Shown here: one piece after another, positions 28,949 to 38,039 of the stretch
Layout: every line of letters begins with the position of its first letter
How positions within the stretch are numbered: the first letter of the stretch is position 1
Assembly: GCA_963734535.1 (NCBI GenBank)
Contig: CAVTHS010000006.1
Location: 96,001 to 160,000 of the forward strand
Source of the DNA: an uncultured Chloroflexia bacterium
Lineage (GTDB): Bacteria > Chloroflexota > Limnocylindria > Limnocylindrales > CSP1-4
Length of the DNA: 64,000 nucleotides
Reading direction: 5' to 3'
Made by a program: the position numbers and the translations under genes
Notes under the pieces: model-generated
The model's database searches: none
Seen by the model: only the letters and a program-made list of their open reading frames with translations
What the model was told of the DNA's origin: nothing

Positions 28949-30453
28949 ACGCCGGTGTCGCCGGCGGGCCTGCGTCCGCTGCTCTCCCGGGAGCCACCGG
29001 CCCAGCGTCTGCAGCCGGCATGCCCCGCCATGCCCGGATCACCGGCTGGGGCTCCTACGCGCCGACGGCCGTGCTCACGAACGCCGACCTCGAGCGGATC
29101 GTCGAGACCTCCGACGAGTGGATCGTCAGCCGGACCGGCATCCGCGAGCGGCGCGTCGCGGCCGCGCACGAGACCACCGCCAGCATGGCCGCCGTCGCCG
29201 GCGCCCGCGCGATCGCCGTCGCGGGCCTCGACCCCGACGAGATCGACCTGATCCTCGTCGCCACGTTGACGCCGGACTACTGGATGCCATCCACCGCCGC
29301 GCTCGTCAAGGAGGCGATCGGGAACTCCAGGGCGGCCGCGATGGACGTGTCCGCGGCCTGCTCCGGCTTCGTCTACGCGTACGCCACGGCGAGCGCATAC
29401 GTGACGTCGGGGATGGCGCGCCACGTGCTGGTCATCGGCGCGGAGCTTCTCACCCGCTTCCTCGACTACACCGACCGCAGCACCTGCATCCTCTTCGGCG
29501 ACGGCGCGGGCGCGGTGGTGGTCTCGGCCTCCGAGGAAGCGGCCGTCCCGCACGGGATCGAGATGACGACCGACCCGTCCGGCGCCTACATGATCTGGCT
29601 CCCGGCCGGCGGCTCGAAGAGCCCGCCCTCGGCGGCGACGATCGGCCGCGGTGAGCACTTCATCCGGATGGAGGGGAAGGAGACCTACCGCTTCGCGACG
29701 AAGACGCTCGCCTCGACTGCGCTCGCCGCGATCGCGAAGGCGGGGCTGCGCCCGGACCAGATCGACCTGTTCATCCCGCACCAGGCGAACATCCGGATCA
29801 TCGAGGCCGTGGCCAAGGGCCTCGGGCTCCCGATGGAGAAGATGTTCGTCAACCTCGACCGCTACGGGAACACCTCTGCGGCGTCCGTCCCGCTCGCACT
29901 CGCCGAGGCGGTCGACGCGGGGCGGATCCGGAAGGGCGACAACGTCGTGATCGTCGCGTTCGGTGCCGGCTTCACGTCAGGCGCGGTTGCGTTCGAATGG
30001 ACCGCCGACCCCGCGGCCGGCGCACGCGCCGCATCCGTCCGGCCCGAATCGATCCACGTGCGGCTTCCCGTCGACTGGGATTCGGTGGATCCCATCCCGG
30101 CCCAGCTCGCTGCCGTCCTCGCCGCACCCGGCCCGGTGGCCGTCCCGCTCGACGACGTCGTCCCGGGCGATCCGCCGGCGCGGCCGGCCGCCACCCGGGC
30201 GTCCACGGTCGTGCCCGCCACCGCGCCCTCGGCCCCGACTGCGTCCGAGCCCTCGGCCCCGACGCCGTCCGCGCCCTCGGCCCCTGAGCCGCCCGCGCCC
30301 TCGGCCCCTGAGCCGCCCGCGCCCTCGGCCCCTGAGCCGCCCGCGCCCTCGGCCCCTGAGCCGCCCGCGCCAGCACCCGTTCCCGCCACGGCGCCCGAGC
30401 CAGCACCCGTTCCCGCCACGGCGCCTGCGTCCGCCTCGGAGGTTCCCTCATGA
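28945..30453 (+). CDS. fabH: 3-oxoacyl-ACP synthase III, with a long C-terminal extension
   Basis: TSDEWIVSRTGIRERR, AACSGF, LFGDGAGA, PHQANIRII, GNTSAAS, FGAG. Confidence 0.95.
   Translation: MNAGVAGGPASAALPGATGPASAAGMPRHARITGWGSYAPTAVLTNADLERIVETSDEWIVSRTGIRERRVAAAHETTASMAAVAGARAIAVAGLDPDEIDLILVATLTPDYWMPSTAALVKEAIGNSRAAAMDVSAACSGFVYAYATASAYVTSGMARHVLVIGAELLTRFLDYTDRSTCILFGDGAGAVVVSASEEAAVPHGIEMTTDPSGAYMIWLPAGGSKSPPSAATIGRGEHFIRMEGKETYRFATKTLASTALAAIAKAGLRPDQIDLFIPHQANIRIIEAVAKGLGLPMEKMFVNLDRYGNTSAASVPLALAEAVDAGRIRKGDNVVIVAFGAGFTSGAVAFEWTADPAAGARAASVRPESIHVRLPVDWDSVDPIPAQLAAVLAAPGPVAVPLDDVVPGDPPARPAATRASTVVPATAPSAPTASEPSAPTPSAPSAPEPPAPSAPEPPAPSAPEPPAPSAPEPPAPAPVPATAPEPAPVPATAPASASEVPS
30271..30426 (+). 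repeat. Coding tandem repeats in the FabH tail (24 bp x4; 30-bp period x2)
   Basis: GCGCCCTCGGCCCCTGAGCCGCCC x4 (APSAPEPP), then CCAGCACCCGTTCCCGCCACGGCGCC x2. Confidence 0.9.
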
Positions 30454-31199
30454 TCGATCTCACCGGCAAGGTCGCCATCGTCACCGGTGGCTCGCGCGGC
30501 ATCGGCCGGGCGGTGGCGCTCATGCTCGGCCGGCAGGGCGCCGACGTCGCGTTCCTCGACCGGCTGGCCTGCACCGTCGAGGACCACACGCGCGAGGACG
30601 TCGAGGCGCTCGGCCGGCGCTCGGTCTGCATCGGCGGCGACGTGACGGACCCGGCGGCGTGCACCGAGCTCGTCAGCGAGGCGCTCAAGGAGCTCGGCCG
30701 GGTCGACATCCTGGTCAACAACGCCGGCATCACCCGCGACGACCTGATCATGCGGATGACCGACGAGGCGTGGCATGACGTCCTGAACGTCAACCTCACC
30801 GGCGCGTTCAACATGACCCGGGCGGTCCTGCGACCGATGATCAAGGCCCGCTCCGGGCGGATCATCAACATGTCGAGCGTCTCGGGGCAGATGGGCAACG
30901 CCGGCCAGGCCAACTACTCCGCGTCGAAGGCCGGCCTGATCGGCCTCACGAAGGCGACCGCCCGCGAGGTCGCCTCACGCGGCATCACCGTCAACGCGGT
31001 TGCGCCCGGTTTCGTCATCACCGAGCTCACGGACGGCCTGCCCGACACCGTCAAGGACGCCATCAAGGCCGCCACGCCGCTGGGGCGCTTCGCCTCGGTG
31101 GACGAGATCGCCGCGGCCGTCGCGTTCCTCGCCTCCGACGAGGCCGGCTACATCACCGGCCAGGTCCTCGGCGTCGACGGCGGCCTCGCGATGATGTAG
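30450..31199 (+). CDS. fabG: 3-oxoacyl-ACP reductase
   Basis: TGGSRGIG, NNAGITRDDL, NYSASK, GQVLGVDGG. Confidence 0.96.
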   Translation: MIDLTGKVAIVTGGSRGIGRAVALMLGRQGADVAFLDRLACTVEDHTREDVEALGRRSVCIGGDVTDPAACTELVSEALKELGRVDILVNNAGITRDDLIMRMTDEAWHDVLNVNLTGAFNMTRAVLRPMIKARSGRIINMSSVSGQMGNAGQANYSASKAGLIGLTKATAREVASRGITVNAVAPGFVITELTDGLPDTVKDAIKAATPLGRFASVDEIAAAVAFLASDEAGYITGQVLGVDGGLAMM

Positions 31200-31217
31200 C
31201 GAGGGGCGGGCGAGGCG

Positions 31218-31482
31218 GCCGCCACGCCGTTCGGTCGCCACGTCGCCGCGTCTCTCGGTCGCCTCTCCGCCGCGCCGCCACGTCTCTCGGCCGCCACTCC
31301 GCTGTGTCTTTCGGCCGCCACGTCGTTCGGCCGCCACTCCGCTGTGTCTTTCGGCCGCCACGTCGTTCGGCCGCCACTCCGCTGTGTCTTTCGGCCGCCA
31401 CGTCGTTCGGCCGCCACTCCGCTGTGTCTTTCGGCCGCCACGTTGTTCGGCCGCCACTCCGCTGTGTCTTTCGGTCGCCACT
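31218..31482. repeat. Tandem 40-bp repeat array (about 4.75 near-exact copies plus a degenerate lead-in)
   Basis: CCGCCACTCCGCTGTGTCTTTCGGCCGCCACGTCGTTCGG at 31291, 31331, 31371 and 31411, partial at 31451. The core TCGGYCGCCAC recurs from about 31218. Confidence 0.95.
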
Positions 31483-31552
31483 CCGCCGCGCCGGATGGCC
31501 TTCCTCGACTGCCCTGACATTGGTTTCCTCGGCAATGTCGATCACCTGATCA

Positions 31553-32542
31553 CTAACCCGGACCCTCCGCGCGCCGCGACGTCGGAACCGCCCCGGACGG
31601 GCCGTGGGACGCCCAATTTCCTCGCTGTTGCCTTCCCTGGGCCGCATTCGCGAGGATCCGTCGCGCCCGCACCCGTTTCGTCGGCCCGAGACGCGGGTTA
31701 GTGATTCCTGGGCCCGCATTGGCGAGGAAAGCCAGCCCGCGGACCGCCCGGCTGACCGCCGCGCCCTCCGCCCGGCTGACCGCCGCGCCCTCCGCCCGGC
31801 TGACCGCCGCGCCCTCCGCCCGGCTGACCGCCGCGCCCTCCGCCCGGCTGACCGCCCCGGCGCCCGCCACCGCCGCCGCGCCCGCCGCCGACCCGACCTC
31901 AGCAGTCCCCGCACCTCCCGGGTCGCGAAGCCACCGCCGCAGCGTGCGGCCGTCGAGCGGGAACGCGTTGCGGAGCATGGTCCGGTGTCGCGCCAGCTGT
32001 CGCCGGTTCATGTCCGACTCCGCGAGCAGCACCCATGTCGCGACCGACGTTGCGTCCCAGCCTCGCTCCCGGCCGATCTGCGGCGCAAGACGTCGATACC
32101 GGTCGACCTGCGCGATCGTGCCGGCCGGGTCGGGGATCTCCGTCTTCAGCTCGACCACGAGCAGGACGCGCCGCGCCGCATGCCAGGCGAGGATGTCGAT
32201 CACCCCGCGCTCGCCCCAGGACGAGAACGAGACCTCCGTCGCGAACTCCCAGCCCGGCGTGCTCGCAAGATGCGCCGCGAACAGCTCGTGCAGGCGCGAA
32301 TGCCGCTCATTGACGATGCGCGCCACCTCGCCGCCCCGCCAGGTGGGCACGATCTCGATCCCGACCTCGAGCACGCCGGCAATCGCTCGCAGGCGCCCGG
32401 TCGAGACATCGCGCACCTGGCCGCGTTCGGTCCGCGAGACCCACGACCGGTCGACGCCGGCGGCAGCCGCGACGTCCTCCTGTCGAAGTCGGCGCCGAAT
32501 CCGGATCGCCCGCAGGAGCGCGCCAAGGCGCTGGTCGTCCAT
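31553..32542 (-). CDS. XRE-family HTH fused to a PD-(D/E)xK nuclease-like domain
   Basis: HTH_3 LRAIRIRRRLRQEDVAAAAGVDRSWVSRTERG; nuclease-like motifs E..(TEVSF)..IDILA..VELK..AQVDRY. Confidence 0.82.
   Translation of the reverse strand: MDDQRLGALLRAIRIRRRLRQEDVAAAAGVDRSWVSRTERGQVRDVSTGRLRAIAGVLEVGIEIVPTWRGGEVARIVNERHSRLHELFAAHLASTPGWEFATEVSFSSWGERGVIDILAWHAARRVLLVVELKTEIPDPAGTIAQVDRYRRLAPQIGRERGWDATSVATWVLLAESDMNRRQLARHRTMLRNAFPLDGRTLRRWLRDPGGAGTAEVGSAAGAAAVAGAGAVSRAEGAAVSRAEGAAVSRAEGAAVSRAEGAAVSRAVRGLAFLANAGPGITNPRLGPTKRVRARRILANAAQGRQQRGNWASHGPSGAVPTSRRAEGPG
31744..31858 (-). repeat. 24-bp coding repeat (AVSRAEGA, about 4.5 copies) within the XRE-nuclease gene
   Basis: CCGCCCGGCTGACCGCCGCGCCCT repeated in tandem. 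Confidence 0.9.
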
Positions 32543-32784
32543 TCCACGATCATGCCGATCGGCGCTCACCCGCCGATTACCGCGCACCCCGACCGATCGC
32601 CCGCCTCCCGCCGACTACCGCGCGCCGCGGCCCGCCTCGGTACCCGGTCCCGCAATGCCGCAGGGACGCGAGGGCCAGGTCGCGCTCCACCCGGCGATCG
32701 AACCTGGCACCTCCGTGACGAGCGGCGAACGCGGCCCGACCATGCTCATCACGCCCTCGGCTCCTCTTCCAGGGCGCAGGGACT

Positions 32785-32823
32785 TTCACAGCCCGTCCTC
32801 GTGGCGGATACACTCCCGCCATC
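32785..32823 (+). promoter_or_regulatory. Sigma70-type promoter for the glycan island, probably near-leaderless
   Basis: TTCACA (32785-32790), 18 nt, TACACT (32809-32814), 9 nt, then GTG 32824. Confidence 0.65.
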
Positions 32824-33627
32824 GTGAAAGTGGTCATCCTCGCCGGCGGTCTCGGCACACGCCTGTCGGAAGAGACTGCCTCGCGGCCCAAGCCCATGGT
32901 GGAGATCGGCGAGCGCCCGATCCTGTGGCACATCATGAAGAGCTACAGCCATTACGGCTTCAACGACTTCGTGGTGTGCCTGGGCTACAAGGGCTACGTC
33001 ATCAAGGAGTACTTCTCGAACTACTTCCTGCACATGTCCGACGTGACGTTCGACATGAGCGACAACTCGATGAAGGTGCACCAGAACGCCGCCGAGCCGT
33101 GGCGCGTGACGCTCGTGGACACCGGGGCCGAGACCCAGACGGGAGGCCGGCTCAAGCGGGTCGGCGAGTACGTCCGCGATGGCACCTTCATGCTGACCTA
33201 CGGGGATGGCGTCGCCGACGTTGACATCGCGAAGCTGCTCGAGTTCCACCGGGCCCACGGGAAGCTCGCGACCATCACGGCCGTCCAGCCGCTGGGGCGT
33301 TTCGGGGCGCTCCTGATCGACGAGGACAAGCCCGATGGACCCGTCTCCGCCCCCGTCGTCCGTGCCTTCCAGGAGAAGCCGGAGGGCGACGGCGCCTGGG
33401 TGAACGGCGGGTTCTTCGTGCTGGAGCCAGCCGTATTGGACCGTCTCGGGGGGGATGACATGCCGTTCGAGCGCGCGCCGCTCGAGGGCCTTTCGGCCGA
33501 CGGCGAGCTGCGGGCCTACCGCCATCGCGGCTTCTGGCAGCCCATGGACGCCCTTCGCGACCTTCGCACGCTCGAGGCGCTGTGGGACGCCGGCGCAGCG
33601 CCCTGGGCGGTCTGGACCAGAACGTGA
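32824..33627 (+). CDS. rfbF: Glucose-1-phosphate cytidylyltransferase
   Basis: ILAGGLGTRLSEET..PKPMVEIG, TGGRLK, LTYGDG, NGGFFV, GFWQPMD. Confidence 0.96.
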   Translation: MKVVILAGGLGTRLSEETASRPKPMVEIGERPILWHIMKSYSHYGFNDFVVCLGYKGYVIKEYFSNYFLHMSDVTFDMSDNSMKVHQNAAEPWRVTLVDTGAETQTGGRLKRVGEYVRDGTFMLTYGDGVADVDIAKLLEFHRAHGKLATITAVQPLGRFGALLIDEDKPDGPVSAPVVRAFQEKPEGDGAWVNGGFFVLEPAVLDRLGGDDMPFERAPLEGLSADGELRAYRHRGFWQPMDALRDLRTLEALWDAGAAPWAVWTRT

Positions 33628-34841
33628 CGGGTGCACCGTCCAGGCCAGAGCCGGTGCCGAGCGGGCAGCGGGTCAGGCCCTGCCCGGTCTGCGGGTCCGT
33701 TTCGCAGGATCTTCTCTACCAGCAGCGATTCGAGCACTTCGCCGCAGGCAGCATCACCGACGCCTACGACGTCGTCGCATGTCGAACCTGCGGGATGTGC
33801 TTCGCCTCAGGTCTCCCGGATCAGCAGCGCTTCGCCCAGTACTACGCGGATTCGTCGAAGTACGACCTCACTGCCGAAGGTGCACAGCTGTCGACTCGAG
33901 ATGTCGACAGGTACGCGGACCAGGCTCGATTCGTCGCGACGAACGTCGCCGACCGGACCCTCCCTGTCCTGGATGTCGGCACCGCCACCGGTGGCTTTCT
34001 CCTTGCACTTCGAGACGCGGGATTCGCACGGCCGTTTGGCGTCGATCCTTCGCCGGACGCGGTCCGCGTCGCTCGAGACTCGTTCGGTCTGGACGTCGCC
34101 GTCGGCGGGTTGGCGGAAGCGAAAGCGTGGGGCCAGGAGTTCGGGCTCGTGACCTACGTCGCGGTCCTGGAGCATGTCCTTGAACCACGCGAACAGGTGC
34201 GCGCCGTCAGCCGCCTGCTCCGACGCGACGGGCTCCTCTTCGTCAGCGTTCCCGCCGGGGGGTCGTTCAAGGATCACGTTGACGCCCCATTCCAGGAGTT
34301 CAGCGTCGAGCACATCAACTACTTCACGAGCCGTTCGCTTGCGAACGCGATGGGAGCTGAGGGATTCAGCCCGGCTGCGGAGCGCGTCGTCGTGCTGCCG
34401 CTGGGCACGGACGGCCACGGACCTGCGCTCGAAGCCGTGTACCGCTGGGACGGCATCGTGCGCCCACCGCAGCCCGACCCGTCAGGGGCGGACGACCTCC
34501 GCGAGTACATACGTCGCTGCGGGGGCGTGGAGGCGACGAATCTCGAGCGCATCGCACGCCTGGCTTCCTCAGGAGAGCGAATCTACGTGTGGGGGACCGG
34601 CACCCACACTCTTCACCTGCTCAAGACCTCGCGCTTGGGCGACTGTCGGATCGAAGCCTTCCTCGACTCGAACCCGCACTATGCCGGCGGCGTGCTGGCC
34701 GGTCGCCGCGTGATCGCGCCGTCTGACCTGCCAGTAGCCGATGCGCCCATCCTGGTGTCCTCGGCTGTCAGCCAGTCGGGCATTGCAGATGCTGCACGTG
34801 AACGATTCGGGCCTGACGTGCAGCTCATCCTGCTCTACTGA
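33624..34841 (+). CDS. Class I SAM methyltransferase with an N-terminal Zn-ribbon and a C-methyltransferase-like C-terminal domain
   Basis: CPVC..CRTC, VLDVGTATG, VLEHV, EHINYF, IYVWGTG..FLDSNP. Confidence 0.8.
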   Translation: MTGAPSRPEPVPSGQRVRPCPVCGSVSQDLLYQQRFEHFAAGSITDAYDVVACRTCGMCFASGLPDQQRFAQYYADSSKYDLTAEGAQLSTRDVDRYADQARFVATNVADRTLPVLDVGTATGGFLLALRDAGFARPFGVDPSPDAVRVARDSFGLDVAVGGLAEAKAWGQEFGLVTYVAVLEHVLEPREQVRAVSRLLRRDGLLFVSVPAGGSFKDHVDAPFQEFSVEHINYFTSRSLANAMGAEGFSPAAERVVVLPLGTDGHGPALEAVYRWDGIVRPPQPDPSGADDLREYIRRCGGVEATNLERIARLASSGERIYVWGTGTHTLHLLKTSRLGDCRIEAFLDSNPHYAGGVLAGRRVIAPSDLPVADAPILVSSAVSQSGIADAARERFGPDVQLILLY

Positions 34842-34849
34842 CGCGGCAG

Positions 34850-35965
34850 ATGGGCCTGGCTGAGAGCTACGCCGACCGTCGCGTCTTCGTCACCGGCCAC
34901 ACCGGGTTCAAGGGGGCGTGGCTCGCGGAGTGGCTCGGGTCCCTGGGCGCCGAGGTGACCGGCTACGCGTTGGATCCGCCCACCCAGCCGAACCTCTTCG
35001 ACGCGCTCGGCCTCGGTGCACGACTCAAGCACGTGGTCGCCGACATCCGCGATCGTGACCGCGTGGTGGCCGAAGTCCATGCCGCGCAGCCGTCCGTGAT
35101 CTTCCATCTCGCCGCCCGGGCACTCGTCCGCCGCGCGTATGCCGAGCCGCACGAGACCTTCGAGACGAACGTCATGGGAACCGTCAACGTGCTCGAGGCG
35201 GCGCGTGCCTGTCCTTCGGTACGCGCCGTCGTGGTCGTCACGAGCGACAAGTGCTACCAGAACCTGGAGGTCGGGCGGCCCTTCCGCGAGACCGACGCGA
35301 TGGGCGGCCGCGACCCGTACAGCGCGAGCAAGGGATGCGCCGAGCTCGTAACGGCGGCCTACCGCGAGAGCTACTTCACCGAGGGCGCGGCCGTCGCGTC
35401 GGCGCGGGCCGGGAACGTCATCGGCGGCGGCGACTGGGCTGCTGATCGGATCGTCCCCGACTGCGTGCGCGCCCTGGCGGCCGGCGATCCGATCGTCGTT
35501 CGGAATCCCGATGCCGTTCGGCCGTGGCAGCATGTCCTCGAGCCGCTGTCGGGATATCTCTGGCTCGGCGCTCTCATGCTTCGCGAAGGTCACCGATACG
35601 AGGGCCCCTGGAACTTCGGACCCACCGAGGCTGGCGGCGCCCGGCCCGTGCGCTGGGTCGTGGACCGATTCGTGGACGAGTGGGGCTCCGGTTCGTGGAC
35701 GACGCCCGCGGATGCGGGGCGGCAGCCGCACGAAGCCCACCACCTGAGCCTCGACAGCTCCAAGGCACGCGAGCAGCTCGAATGGGCGCCGGTCTGGGAC
35801 CCGCAGACGGCGGTGCACCGGACGGCAGCCTGGTATCGCGAGTACTACCGGGCGCCGGAGACGGCTCGTGAGCTGGTCGAGCACCAACTCCGAGCCTACC
35901 AGGGTGATGCCGTTGCCGCGGGTCTGCCCTGGGCCGGCGCCGGCGAGACAGGGCGGATCGTATGA
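34850..35965 (+). CDS. rfbG: CDP-glucose 4,6-dehydratase
   Basis: VTGHTGFKGAWL, VTSDKCY, DPYSASKGCAE, RAGNVIGGGDW, RPWQHVLEPL. Confidence 0.96.
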   Translation: MGLAESYADRRVFVTGHTGFKGAWLAEWLGSLGAEVTGYALDPPTQPNLFDALGLGARLKHVVADIRDRDRVVAEVHAAQPSVIFHLAARALVRRAYAEPHETFETNVMGTVNVLEAARACPSVRAVVVVTSDKCYQNLEVGRPFRETDAMGGRDPYSASKGCAELVTAAYRESYFTEGAAVASARAGNVIGGGDWAADRIVPDCVRALAAGDPIVVRNPDAVRPWQHVLEPLSGYLWLGALMLREGHRYEGPWNFGPTEAGGARPVRWVVDRFVDEWGSGSWTTPADAGRQPHEAHHLSLDSSKAREQLEWAPVWDPQTAVHRTAAWYREYYRAPETARELVEHQLRAYQGDAVAAGLPWAGAGETGRIV

Positions 35966-37338
35966 GCCATACGCGCAACGCGGCGGCAGACACCCGCGAC
36001 GAGATCCTGGCGCTCGTGAGCAGGTACTACCAGGAGCGGCACGCGCCCCCGCCGTTCGACCCCGGCCGTGACCCGGTCCGCTATGCCGGGCGCGTGTTCG
36101 GCGAGGAGGAGATGCGCCTCCTCGTTGACTCGAGCCTCGACTTCTACCTCACCGCCAGCCGGTTCACGGAGCAGTTCGAAGCGGGCATCGCCGACTACCT
36201 CGGTCTCTCGGACGCCCTGTTCGTCAACTCCGGCTCGTCGGCGAATCTCGTGGCACTGACGACGCTCACCTCCCCCAGGCTCGGTGATCGGCGCCTCAAG
36301 CCCGGCGACGAGGTCATCACCGTGGCCGCGGGCTTCCCGAGCACCGTGGCGCCGATCGTCCAGAACGGCCTGGTGCCGGTGTTCGTCGACGTCCGCCTCG
36401 GCGACTACAACGCGGATCCCGAGCAGCTCCGCGCGGCAGTCTCGCCGCGGACGCGCGCCATCATGCTGGCGCACACGCTGGGCGTCCCGTTCGACCTCGA
36501 CGCGGTCATGGCGTTGGTCGAGAAGCACGAGCTGTGGCTGGTCGAGGACAACTGCGATGCCCTGGGCTCGCGCTTCCGCGACCGTCTCACCGGGACCTTC
36601 GGCCACCTCGCCACGTCGTCGTTCTATCCGGCGCACCACATCACCACCGGCGAAGGCGGCATGGTGGTCACCGACCACGACGAGCTGGCGCGCATCGCCC
36701 GCTCGATCCGCGACTGGGGCCGCGACTGCTACTGCGCGGGGGGCGAGAACAACACCTGCGGCAAGCGCTTCGGCCAGCAGTTCGGAAGCCTGCCGTACGG
36801 GTACGACCACAAGTACGTGTACAGCCACCTCGGCTACAACCTGAAGGCGACCGACATGCAGGCCGCGATCGGCTGCGCACAGCTGGCGCGCCTCGACGCG
36901 TTCGTCGCGGCCCGGAAGCGCAACCACGCCCGGCTGCTCGAGGCACTGCGCCCGTACGAGGACCGCCTCCTCCTGCCGGTGTCGCCGCCGCACACCGACC
37001 CGTCGTGGTTCTGCTTCGTGATCACCGTGCGCGACGACGCCGGCTTCACGAGGAACGAGCTGACCGGCTTCCTCGAGGCCAACCGCATCGAGACCCGGAC
37101 CCTGTTCAGCGGCAACCTGCTCCGGCATCCGGCGTTCGAGGCGATCGAGCGCCGCGTCGTCGGCGACCTGGCCAACACGGATGTCGTCATGAACCGGACC
37201 TTCTTCGTCGGCGTCTACCCGGGCATCGACGACGCGCGCCTGGACTACGTGATCGACGCGTTCGGACGGTTCATGGCCGGTGGGAGAGCGGCCGCCAGGT
37301 CCACGGACGCTGACACGCCGTCGCCCGCGGAGCGGTGA
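35962..37338 (+). CDS. rfbH: CDP-4-keto-6-deoxy-D-glucose 3-dehydratase (E1, DdhC/RfbH)
   Basis: NSGSSANL; SFYPAHHITTGEGG (His in place of the Schiff-base Lys); WGRDCYC..NNTC Fe-S motif; YDHKY. Confidence 0.95.
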   Translation: MSHTRNAAADTRDEILALVSRYYQERHAPPPFDPGRDPVRYAGRVFGEEEMRLLVDSSLDFYLTASRFTEQFEAGIADYLGLSDALFVNSGSSANLVALTTLTSPRLGDRRLKPGDEVITVAAGFPSTVAPIVQNGLVPVFVDVRLGDYNADPEQLRAAVSPRTRAIMLAHTLGVPFDLDAVMALVEKHELWLVEDNCDALGSRFRDRLTGTFGHLATSSFYPAHHITTGEGGMVVTDHDELARIARSIRDWGRDCYCAGGENNTCGKRFGQQFGSLPYGYDHKYVYSHLGYNLKATDMQAAIGCAQLARLDAFVAARKRNHARLLEALRPYEDRLLLPVSPPHTDPSWFCFVITVRDDAGFTRNELTGFLEANRIETRTLFSGNLLRHPAFEAIERRVVGDLANTDVVMNRTFFVGVYPGIDDARLDYVIDAFGRFMAGGRAAARSTDADTPSPAER

Positions 37339-37345
37339 GGCTCGC

Positions 37346-38039
37346 GTGGCGGTCGTTCGCAAGATCCCCTGCCTGGTGCGCGCGGTGACCGATCATGGCG
37401 AGCATGTCTACACCGTCGAGCTCGAGCCGACCATGGCGGTGCCGAGCTTCAAACCCGGGCAGTTCCTCCACCTTGCCCTCGACGAGCCCCAGCCGGGCGG
37501 CTTCTGGCCGGAATCGCGGGTGTTCTCGATTGCCAGCTCTCCCCGGGATCGGGACCGGCTGGCGATCACGTACGCGGTCAAGGGTGCGTTCACGACGCGG
37601 ATGGAGCGCGAGCTGGCCCCGGGAGGGAGCGCCTGGGTGAAGCTGCCGTACGGCGAGTTCGTGGTCGACTCGACCAGGGACGCCGTGCTGTTCGCAGGCG
37701 GCACGGGCGTCACCGCGTTCACGGCATTCCTGCAATCGCTGCAGGCGGAGCAGGCCACCCGCGTGCTGCTCTTCTACGGCGCACGGAAGCCGGACCTCTT
37801 CGTCTACGGGCCTCTCGCCGAGGCCCGTGCTCGCGAGGTCCCCGCGCTGACGCTGCAGCCTCGTGTGCGAAGAGACCGACGGCCGCCTCCAGGTGGACGC
37901 CGCATGGCCGGCCATCGCGCCGCTGCACGACCCGGTCTTCTACCTGAGCGGGCCGCCGCCGATGCTCGAAGCGCTCACGGCACAGTTGCGGGTCCGCGAG
38001 GTGCCAACGGAGGCCATCCGTACCGATGCCTGGGAGTGA
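37346..38039 (+). CDS. FAD/NAD(P)H-dependent ferredoxin-reductase-type protein (E3/DdhD-like); frameshifts after ~37860
   Basis: FKPGQF, RVFSIAS, GAFT, LPYGEF, AGGTGVT, LFYGAR; other frames carry FYLSGPPPML and ..DAWE* (TGA 38037-38039). Confidence 0.78.

Noticed and set aside
31291-31480. CRISPR array next to a nuclease
   Set aside because: Head-to-tail identical units with no unique spacers.
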